DNA of 36,445 nucleotides from an uncultured Clostridia bacterium (GTDB lineage Bacteria; Bacillota; Clostridia; Christensenellales; Borkfalkiaceae): NCBI GenBank assembly GCA_964383655.1, contig CAYLIO010000001.1, positions 1 to 36,445 of the forward strand, read 5' to 3'. Shown piece by piece: positions 28,952 to 36,445 of this stretch (position 1 is its first letter; each line of letters starts with the position of its first letter). The notes under the pieces were generated by a model. It saw only the letters and a program-made list of their open reading frames with translations, ran no database searches and was not told where the DNA came from. The position numbers and the translations under genes were made by a program.

Positions 28952-29221
28952 ATGCGTGCCGTCGTAACGGTTATCGGCAAGGATAAAACGGGAATTATTG
29001 CAAAGGTCAGCACATTTCTGGCCGCAAGAGGAGTCAACATTCTAGATATCAGCCAGACTATTTTACAGGAATATTTTGCCATGATCATGCTGGTGGATAT
29101 TTCGGCTGCCGACAAGGAACTGTCCGCACTCTCCATCGAGTGCGAAAGCATGGGCAAGGAGATCGGCATGAGTATACATATTCAGCACGAAGAGATATTT
29201 AACGCCATGCACAGGGTATAA
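28952..29221 (+). CDS. ACT-domain protein (UPF0237 family)
   Basis: 89 aa, MRAVVTVIGKDKTGIIAKVS..., with a GGAGGG RBS. Forms the conserved pair with the following UPF0210 gene. Confidence 0.8.
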   Translation: MRAVVTVIGKDKTGIIAKVSTFLAARGVNILDISQTILQEYFAMIMLVDISAADKELSALSIECESMGKEIGMSIHIQHEEIFNAMHRV

Positions 29222-29230
29222 AAATTAATT

Positions 29231-30586
29231 ATGTTCAATAAATACGATGTTCTTGAAACCATAAACATGATAGAGAGGGAGCACCTCGATATCCGTACCA
29301 TAACAATGGGGATATCGCTCCTGCCCTGTGCGGGCGCGAGTGCCGATAAGACGGCCGAAAATGTGTACGAGACGGTCTGCAAAAGAGCCGAGAGACTGGT
29401 ATCCGTTGCCGACAGCCTGTCCAAGGAATACGGCATCCCTATCGTCAATAAAAGGGTCTCCGTAACGCCGGTAAGCATAATCTGCGCTCCTTTTGCCAAG
29501 CAGTCCGCAAAAATAGGCAAGGCGCTGGACAGGGCGGCACAAGCACTCGGTATAGACTTTTTAGGCGGATATTCGGCGCTTGTGCACAAGGGAATGGCTG
29601 ACTATGAGAGAGATTTTATAGAGACGATTCCCGAAGTGCTCTCGTCTACGGATAAGCTGTGTTCGTCAGTCAATATCGGCTCTTCCAAATCGGGCATTAA
29701 TATGGATGCGGTCGCCCTTATGGGTAAAATAATAAAGCGGACGGCTGATCTTACAAAAGATGAAGACGGCTTCGGCTGTGCCAAACTTGTGGTGTTCTGC
29801 AATGCGGTCGAAGACAATCCGTTCATGGCAGGCGCCTTCCACGGCGTGGGCGAAAGCGGTACGGTCATAAACGTTGGCGTATCCGGCCCCGGCGTAGTAC
29901 AACATGCCGTCGAGAGTATACCGAACGCCGATCTCGCAGAGCTTGCCGAGACGATAAAACGCACTTCGTTCAAGATAACGCGTGCCGGCCAGCTTATTGC
30001 CAAAGAGGCGGCAAAGCGGCTGGGTGCTGAGTTCGGAATAGTTGATCTGTCGCTTGCGCCCACGCCTGCGCGCGGCGATTCGGTAGCGCAGATTTTAGAG
30101 GAGATGGGGCTGGAATGTGTCGGTACGCACGGTACGACGGCCTGTCTTGCCATGCTGAACGACGCCGTTAAAAAGGGCGGTGTCATGGCCAGCTCGCGCG
30201 TCGGAGGTTTGTCCGGCGCATTCATACCGGTATCCGAGGATATAGGCATGATAGAGGCTGCCGAAAAGGGCGTTTTAACCATGGACAAGCTTGAGGCAAT
30301 GACGTCCGTCTGCTCCGTGGGCCTTGATATGATAGCAGTGCCCGGCAATACGTCTGAAAGCACGCTGAGTGCCATAATCGCTGACGAGGCTGCAATAGGC
30401 ATGATAAACAATAAGACGACGGCCGTGAGAATTATTCCGGCACCCAAAAAAGATGTCGGGGACTTTGTAGATTTCGGCGGGTTGCTCGGGCGTGCGCCCG
30501 TCATGGCCGTACACAAAGAATCGGCGGCAAAATTTATCGGCAGAGGCGGGCTTATTCCCGCGCCCATACATTCTAATAAAAACTGA
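29231..30586 (+). CDS. UPF0210 / DUF711 (PFL4-like) family protein
   Basis: 451 aa: [10 protein letters not shown]...VNKRVSVTP...GGYSALV..., matching the family as recalled, in the canonical position after the ACT gene. Confidence 0.82.
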   Translation: MFNKYDVLETINMIEREHLDIRTITMGISLLPCAGASADKTAENVYETVCKRAERLVSVADSLSKEYGIPIVNKRVSVTPVSIICAPFAKQSAKIGKALDRAAQALGIDFLGGYSALVHKGMADYERDFIETIPEVLSSTDKLCSSVNIGSSKSGINMDAVALMGKIIKRTADLTKDEDGFGCAKLVVFCNAVEDNPFMAGAFHGVGESGTVINVGVSGPGVVQHAVESIPNADLAELAETIKRTSFKITRAGQLIAKEAAKRLGAEFGIVDLSLAPTPARGDSVAQILEEMGLECVGTHGTTACLAMLNDAVKKGGVMASSRVGGLSGAFIPVSEDIGMIEAAEKGVLTMDKLEAMTSVCSVGLDMIAVPGNTSESTLSAIIADEAAIGMINNKTTAVRIIPAPKKDVGDFVDFGGLLGRAPVMAVHKESAAKFIGRGGLIPAPIHSNKN

Positions 30587-30620
30587 GCGAAGCCGATTTT
30601 TTTATGCACTGAAAAATTTT

Positions 30621-32396
30621 ATGAAAAGAAGTGATATAGACAACAAGTACAAATGGAATACAGCGGATATTTTTTCATCCGATGAAGAATGGGAGCGCGC
30701 TTTCGACGAGCTGAATCGCAGCTGCGATTTTTCCTCATATGCCGGAAAGATCGGCGTAAAAGAAGAGCTTTTGAGTCTTTTTAAGGCAAACGATGAGTAC
30801 GTGAAAAGGCTTGAAAAGGTCATGCTTTATGCGAGCATGAAGCACGATGAGGATACCCGCGTTTCCAAGTATACCGCATATGACGCAAAATGCGGCAGTT
30901 TATTATCCCGCTACAGCGCCGAGACGGCGTTTATAGAGCCTGAGCTTGCAGGTCTCGACGAGGGGTATTTGAACTCGCTGCTTTCAGATAAGGATTTTTG
31001 CGATTACGACTACATTTTAAAGACGCTCATAAAGCGCAAAGCTCACGTTTTAAGCGGGGACGAGGAAAAGCTTGTGGCGTTAGCGGGGGAGACGCTCCGC
31101 TCGTTCAGCGAAATTTTTTCCATGATAGACAATGCCGATCTGCCTGTTTGCGACATTGAGTACGAGGGGGAGACGATCAAGCTCACTCACGCAATGTACG
31201 GCGTTATAATGCACTCTCCGGACAGAGAAAAACGCAAAGAGGCATATGAAAAATATTACGGCGCGTATATCGGGCTTATCAATACGATTACGGCCAATTA
31301 TTTCGGAAGCGTGAAAAAAGACGTCTTTTTAAGCAGGGCGTACAATTATGAATCCTGTCTGGACAGAGCGCTCTCGTCCGAAGATGTGGATAAAAAAGTG
31401 TACTTAAATCTTCTGGAGTCGGTGAAAAAGAGTCTTCCCGATATGCACAGATACATTGCAGACAGGAAGAAAATTTCAGGTTATGACAAACTCTATTTTT
31501 ATGATATCTATGCGCCGCTCGTAAAGGACGTTGAGCTTGACATGAGCTATGAAGACGCTTATGCCTATGTAATAAAAGGCCTTGCTTCGCTCGGCAAAGA
31601 GTACGCGGCGCTTCTCAGGCGCGCTTTCGACGAACGCTGGATAGACGTTGAGGAGACAGAGGGAAAGAGAAGCGGCGCCTACAGCACGGGTTGCTACGGG
31701 GTTCATCCGTATGTTCTTCTCAACTATAAGCCGACTATCGGCAATATCTTCACTATAGCGCACGAGATGGGGCATTCGCTTCATACCTATTTCTCTGCAG
31801 CGGCTCAGCCGTATGCTAAAAGCGACTATAAAATTTTTGTTGCGGAAGTTGCAAGCACCGTAAACGAGGTGCTGCTTCTCAAATTCATGCTTTCCGACAC
31901 GAAAGACGAAAATGTGCGTAAATATCTTCTCAACTACTATCTCGACACCATCCGCCAGACGCTTCACCGCCAGACGATGTTTGCCGAGTTTGAGTACGAG
32001 GCGCATTCGCTCGTCGAAAAGGGCGAACCGCTCACAAAAGAGCTGCTCTGCGATATCTACGCAAGGATTGGCCGTGAGTATTACGGGGAAGCGATAGAGC
32101 ATGATTTCAATATTTCGTGCGAGTGGGTGCGTATACCGCATTTCTACAGGGCTTTCTATGTGTACAAATACGCGACGGGGATTACGGCCGCGATCAATAT
32201 CGCAAACGCGATATTGAAAAGAGGCGAGTCTGCGGTTTCAGACTATTTAAAATTCCTCTCGAGCGGGTCGTCATCCGATCCTGTCTCGCTGCTCAGGCTT
32301 GCCGGGGTGCATTTGGACAGCGTAGCGCCTTTTGACTTTGCAATGAAGGAGTTTTCGTCTGTCTTATCGCAGTTCGAGAAGCTCATGGAAATATAA
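30621..32396 (+). CDS. pepF: Oligoendopeptidase F (M3B)
   Basis: Starts MKRSDIDNKYKWNTADIF, with the zinc motif HEMGHSLH. I rejected the listed 30492 start because it overlaps the previous gene. Confidence 0.9.
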   Translation: MKRSDIDNKYKWNTADIFSSDEEWERAFDELNRSCDFSSYAGKIGVKEELLSLFKANDEYVKRLEKVMLYASMKHDEDTRVSKYTAYDAKCGSLLSRYSAETAFIEPELAGLDEGYLNSLLSDKDFCDYDYILKTLIKRKAHVLSGDEEKLVALAGETLRSFSEIFSMIDNADLPVCDIEYEGETIKLTHAMYGVIMHSPDREKRKEAYEKYYGAYIGLINTITANYFGSVKKDVFLSRAYNYESCLDRALSSEDVDKKVYLNLLESVKKSLPDMHRYIADRKKISGYDKLYFYDIYAPLVKDVELDMSYEDAYAYVIKGLASLGKEYAALLRRAFDERWIDVEETEGKRSGAYSTGCYGVHPYVLLNYKPTIGNIFTIAHEMGHSLHTYFSAAAQPYAKSDYKIFVAEVASTVNEVLLLKFMLSDTKDENVRKYLLNYYLDTIRQTLHRQTMFAEFEYEAHSLVEKGEPLTKELLCDIYARIGREYYGEAIEHDFNISCEWVRIPHFYRAFYVYKYATGITAAINIANAILKRGESAVSDYLKFLSSGSSSDPVSLLRLAGVHLDSVAPFDFAMKEFSSVLSQFEKLMEI

Positions 32397-32424
32397 AACA
32401 TTCGGGAATTGATACTAAATTACT

Positions 32425-33912
32425 ATGGCCGGAAAAACTAACGTATTACCAAACAATTTAGAGGCAGAGCAGTCGCTTCTCGGCTGTATTCTCATCGATT
32501 CGGACGTGCTTTCCGAACTCGCGGATAAACTGAGCGAGCGTGATTTTTATCAGGAGTCACATCAGTTTATCATGTCTGCCATATTAAAGGTGTTCAACAA
32601 TCGTATGCCGGTGGACATCGTAACGCTTTCAGACTGGCTGGAAAAAGAGGGCAATCTTGCCAAGGTGGGCGGCATATCGTATATCACCGATTTGACGATG
32701 ATCACGCCGTCCTCGGCTAACTACAAAGAGTACTATGAAATAGTAAAGCGCGACAGCATAAACCGCGAACTTATCCGTGCATCGCGTAACATCATGGAAA
32801 ACGCCAAAGACAGTACAGACTGGCTGGGCAGCGTACAATACGCCGAAAAACTCATCTACGATATTTCCAAACAGGGTGACAGCTCGGCCATGCACGACAT
32901 AAGGGAAAGCAATGCCGTGGATGATGTCGTGCAAAAGTTTGAAATTATATCGACCGACAAAGATGCACTCCGCGGCGTAAACACGGGATTCCCGTACCTT
33001 AACAAAATAACCAACGGACTCCAGCGTTCCGACCTTATAGTCATCGCGGCAAGACCCGGCATGGGGAAGACGTCGCTCGCGATGAATATTGTCGAGTCGG
33101 CTGCATTCCATGGCAATGTATGCGCAGTCTTTTCGCTTGAAATGCCGGAGAGTCAGATTGTGCAGAGACTTCTGTGTTCGGCGGCAAAGGTGGACATGGC
33201 GAAAGCTCTTTCGGGCAAACTTACCCCGCAGGATTGGAAAGCTATAATGAGAACGAGCGAACAGCTCAAGAATCTGCCGATAATAATCGACGATTCGTCT
33301 AGGGTAACGCCTGCGGAAATTCTCTCGAAATGCAGGAGAATCAAAGCCAAAAACGGCGGCAGACTTGATCTTGTAATGGTAGACTACATCCAGCTCATGT
33401 CTTCAGGTTCGAAAAATGATGAGAACAGAACCCGCGAGATAGCACATATAACTGGCGACCTCAAAATAATGGCAAAGGAACTCAACGTGCCGGTAATCGC
33501 GCTGTCACAGCTAAGGCGCGTGGAAGGCGAGCCCCAGCTTACCGATTTGAGGGAATCCGGTGCCATCGAACAGGACGCCGACATGGTCATCTTCATCAAC
33601 AGGCCGGATGTTACGGCGAAGCCGGAGGAGATAGAGAAGAAGAACATCGTGCGCGGAATGGCGGATATTATAATCGCCAAACACCGTAACGGAGAGCTTG
33701 GAAGATGCAAGCTCCGTTTCAAGGGTGAGTACACCAAGTTCGTAACCCCCGACCCTTCGGAGCTCAAAGACAATACTTTGAACCCGGGAAATGAGGGTAA
33801 AAGAAATTCCGCGAAAGTAAATGTGCGAAAGTCCGACGAGGACGCGGAAGATTTGCCGGACGAAGGCGCAGTGTATTCGGACGATGATTTCGGATATGAC
33901 GTGGAAGACTGA
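32425..33912 (+). CDS. dnaB: Replicative DNA helicase (DnaB family) with an acidic C-terminal extension
   Basis: LPNNLEAEQSLLGCIL, Walker A ARPGMGKTSLAMN, FSLEM, VDYIQLM, ALSQLRR and RESGAIEQDAD. Confidence 0.92.
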   Translation: MAGKTNVLPNNLEAEQSLLGCILIDSDVLSELADKLSERDFYQESHQFIMSAILKVFNNRMPVDIVTLSDWLEKEGNLAKVGGISYITDLTMITPSSANYKEYYEIVKRDSINRELIRASRNIMENAKDSTDWLGSVQYAEKLIYDISKQGDSSAMHDIRESNAVDDVVQKFEIISTDKDALRGVNTGFPYLNKITNGLQRSDLIVIAARPGMGKTSLAMNIVESAAFHGNVCAVFSLEMPESQIVQRLLCSAAKVDMAKALSGKLTPQDWKAIMRTSEQLKNLPIIIDDSSRVTPAEILSKCRRIKAKNGGRLDLVMVDYIQLMSSGSKNDENRTREIAHITGDLKIMAKELNVPVIALSQLRRVEGEPQLTDLRESGAIEQDADMVIFINRPDVTAKPEEIEKKNIVRGMADIIIAKHRNGELGRCKLRFKGEYTKFVTPDPSELKDNTLNPGNEGKRNSAKVNVRKSDEDAEDLPDEGAVYSDDDFGYDVED

Positions 33913-33949
33913 TCAAGCTATTATAAGTTTCGGCATCAAAGGATAAATA

Positions 33950-34948
33950 ATGAATACTCGGATTTCAGCTATCGACGAAAATTCTTTGTCCGATGCAAAG
34001 AAAATAATAAATGAAAGCGGCCTTGTCGCGTTTCCTACCGAGACGGTCTATGGTTTAGGCGCAAATGCTTTCGACGACAGAGCGGTTAAGAAAATATTTG
34101 AAGTTAAGGGCAGGCCCATGGACAATCCGCTTATAGTGCATGTGCACAGCGGGTACGACATTTCGTCGCTGGTCGATTATATTCCTGAGTATTCATATAA
34201 GCTTGCTAAAACTTTTCTTCCCGGTCCGCTCACAATGGTTTATAAAAGAAAGGCGAAAGTCTCGGCGTTTGTATCGTGCGGCCTTGACACGCTCGCCGTA
34301 CGCGTGCCATCCCATATAGGTGCACAGCAGTTTTTAGAATGTGTAGATCTGCCCGTTGCTGCACCATCTGCCAATGTATCCAAGCACATAAGCCCGGTAA
34401 CGGCACAGCATGTGCTTGCCGATTTGGACGGAAAAATACCCCTGATTTTAGACGGCGGTAAGTGTGCGGGCGGAATAGAGAGTACCGTGTTAGACTGTAC
34501 GAGCGACACTCCGAAAATTCTAAGATCCGGTCTTATAACGCGCGAGATGATAGCGGATGTTGCCGGTGAATGCGAAATGTATATCCGTGAAGCGGGTGAA
34601 GCTCCCAAATCGCCGGGCATGAAATACAGACATTATTCACCGCGCTGCGCATGCAGGCTCTTTATGTTTGAGGAAAGATTCGAGGCAATGGACGAATACA
34701 CGAAGAAGCGCGGCATGGGAGTCAATGCATATATAATGTGCGACGATGCGTGTGCCGAGGAGCTGGGTGCGGAACACGTGCTTTGTCTCGGAAAATCTGA
34801 GACGGAGATTGCATCCAATCTATATGACAAGCTTCGTGAAGGCGAACGCATTGCCGATTTTATAATCGCTGTTGCCCCGAGAAAGCAGGACGGGGTAATG
34901 GCCGGCGTGATGAACAGGCTTACAAAAGCCTGCGGTGGCGAAGAATGA
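33950..34948 (+). CDS. tsaC: L-threonylcarbamoyladenylate synthase (Sua5/YwlC type)
   Basis: AFPTETVYGLGANA and KGRPMDNPLIVHV, plus a Sua5 C-terminal domain. Confidence 0.88.
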   Translation: MNTRISAIDENSLSDAKKIINESGLVAFPTETVYGLGANAFDDRAVKKIFEVKGRPMDNPLIVHVHSGYDISSLVDYIPEYSYKLAKTFLPGPLTMVYKRKAKVSAFVSCGLDTLAVRVPSHIGAQQFLECVDLPVAAPSANVSKHISPVTAQHVLADLDGKIPLILDGGKCAGGIESTVLDCTSDTPKILRSGLITREMIADVAGECEMYIREAGEAPKSPGMKYRHYSPRCACRLFMFEERFEAMDEYTKKRGMGVNAYIMCDDACAEELGAEHVLCLGKSETEIASNLYDKLREGERIADFIIAVAPRKQDGVMAGVMNRLTKACGGEE

Positions 34949-35409
34949 AGAGAAAGAAGATACTTTTTGTTTGTACGGGCAATACCTGCCGCAGTCCTAT
35001 GGCGGAAATAATATTGCGCACCAAAATCAAGGCGCGGAAGATAAAGTGGTGGGATGTGGCCTCGAGAGGTTTTTATGCCGAAGTAAACGGTACGATATCG
35101 CAGGGCAGCGCTATGGCGCTTGCCGAGGCGGGGTATTCGTACGATAAATTCGAACCCAAACAGCTCACCCAAGCACTTATTGCCAACAGCTATGCCGTTA
35201 TTTGTATGACGGAAGAACAGAAACAGATAATAGAAGGCTGCGGGAATGTTTACAGCATGAAGGATCTTTGCGGTTTTGATATACCCGACCCTTACGGCTG
35301 CAGTGCAGACGTATACAGACAGACATGTGTTAAAATATCGCACGCATGCGATATTATAATCGAAAAAATTATACTTGCGGCATCCCCGAACGTAAGGGAG
35401 AGCATTTAA
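34945..35409 (+). CDS. ywlE: Low-molecular-weight protein phosphatase (YwlE-like)
   Basis: CTGNTCRSPMAE (CX5R-S) and DPYG. Has an ATGA overlap with tsaC. Confidence 0.85.
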   Translation: MKRKKILFVCTGNTCRSPMAEIILRTKIKARKIKWWDVASRGFYAEVNGTISQGSAMALAEAGYSYDKFEPKQLTQALIANSYAVICMTEEQKQIIEGCGNVYSMKDLCGFDIPDPYGCSADVYRQTCVKISHACDIIIEKIILAASPNVRESI

Positions 35410-35430
35410 AGAAGGAAGGTTTATTTAGGT

Positions 35431-35883
35431 ATGAAAATTGCTATTGCCTGTGACCACGGCGGTCTCTTTCTTAAGGATGAAATAAAGAAATATCTTGAGA
35501 AGAACGGATACGAATATACAGATTTCGGCACCTGCAGCACCGAAAGCTGCGATTATCCCGACTATGCGCTCGCGGCTTCCGAGGCTGTTGCAAACGGCAG
35601 CTGCGAATTAGGTATTCTCGTCTGTTCCACGGGCGTGGGTGTATCCCTCGCCGCAAACAAAGTAAACGGTATAAGATGCGCACACTGTCATGACACGTAT
35701 TGTGCCGAATACGCGCGCAGGCACAACGACGCAAACATGCTCGCGATCGGACAGAAGGTTTTAGGCCCCGGCTACGCATTAGAGATTGTCGAAAAGTTCC
35801 TCACATCTTCCTTTGAAAGCGGCGGCAGACACAAAAGAAGAGTGGATAAAATCACAGAAATCGAAAAGAAGTATTCAAAGTAA
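35431..35883 (+). CDS. rpiB: Ribose-5-phosphate isomerase B
   Basis: MKIAIACDHGG and CSTGVGVSLAANK. Confidence 0.9.
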   Translation: MKIAIACDHGGLFLKDEIKKYLEKNGYEYTDFGTCSTESCDYPDYALAASEAVANGSCELGILVCSTGVGVSLAANKVNGIRCAHCHDTYCAEYARRHNDANMLAIGQKVLGPGYALEIVEKFLTSSFESGGRHKRRVDKITEIEKKYSK

Positions 35884-35903
35884 ATAAAAATCCGAAAACA
35901 AAA

Positions 35904-35938
35904 GCACCCTTACCGCAGTATTCAGCGTGTAAGGGTGC
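35904..35938. terminator. Bidirectional terminator between rpiB and the convergent zinc-ribbon gene
   Basis: GCACCCTTAC...GTAAGGGTGC 10-bp stem, A-rich on the 5' side, with AAATTTTA on the 3' side. Confidence 0.6.
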
Positions 35939-35956
35939 AAATTTTATAAGTATGGC

Positions 35957-36301
35957 TTACATATACATATAATCCGGTATATAATCTATAGACACAAGTA
36001 TGATTCCGAACACAATAATAATCAGGATGACTAAAACGACCTCTGTTATCACGCCCGCGAGGGCTCCTTTGCCGCATGACTTTGCCAGCAAGGGGTGCAT
36101 GGGGTGGGTAAACCTGAACACTAAGTAAAGGATAAGCCCCAGCAAGGGGAAGAAGAAGCTAAGCACGGCAAAACCTGTGCTCGGAGCATCATCGGCGGCA
36201 ATAGGGTTTTGATCCATAAAGTAGTTATCCGTCGGAACGCCGCAACTCGTGCATACAATCGCCTTATCGTCGAGTTCTTGTCCGCAATTTTTACAATACA
36301 T
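35957..36301 (-). CDS. Zinc-ribbon membrane protein
   Basis: MYCKNCGQELDDKAIVCTSCG followed by two hydrophobic helices. Confidence 0.6.
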   Translation of the reverse strand: MYCKNCGQELDDKAIVCTSCGVPTDNYFMDQNPIAADDAPSTGFAVLSFFFPLLGLILYLVFRFTHPMHPLLAKSCGKGALAGVITEVVLVILIIIVFGIILVSIDYIPDYMYM

Positions 36302-36445
36302 AAATGTTTCCTCACTTGAATTTAGACAGTGTCTTGTTGTTTAAAATTATAACGAAATTTTTATGTCTTGTCAAATGAAGCTATGGCTTTAAATCCCAAA
36401 ATTCGTGAGAGTGAAGTGGAAAGTTTACTTCCACTGTGGGCGGGC

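Noticed and set aside
29602-30609. 335-aa minus-strand ORF
   Set aside because: It is antisense to the UPF0210/DUF711 gene. The composition is Ala/Ser/Pro-rich and low-complexity, which fits a shadow ORF of a GC-rich third-position gene.

Overview
The window looks like a Firmicutes (Clostridia-like) chromosomal segment; that taxonomic call rests on gene content and order only. The housekeeping backbone is miaB-mutS-mutL-miaA-ynbB-like, groES-groEL, dCMP deaminase-ppiB-purB, proC-rnhA, a DnaD-domain protein, lepB, the ACT/UPF0210 pair, and pepF-dnaB helicase-tsaC-ywlE-rpiB. Three accessory patches interrupt it. (1) 562-2696 has no intact gene and holds a multiply frameshifted PcfJ-like remnant, probably a mobile-element relic. 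(2) 15466-19025 is visibly A+T-rich (judged by eye, not computed) and sits between purB and the 3' end of tRNA-Trp. It stacks three toxin-antitoxin-like modules: a translationally coupled four-gene cassette (99-aa protein, DUF3990, two DUF3791); an orphan small antitoxin-like gene with a zeta-like P-loop toxin cut off after its Walker A; and a Phd/YefM-like gene with a frameshifted tail, coupled to a HipA-like kinase. (3) 20873-24431 lies 3' of tRNA-Thr. It holds two unrelated P-loop ATPases, each with a C-terminal PD-(D/E)xK-like motif, flanking a decayed rhuM gene. I rank the DUF3990/DUF3791 cassette and the Phd-like/HipA-like pair as the best candidates for an uncharacterised conflict system. 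No CRISPR array, rRNA, integrase or transposase was seen. All family assignments come from motif recognition by eye, not from searches.
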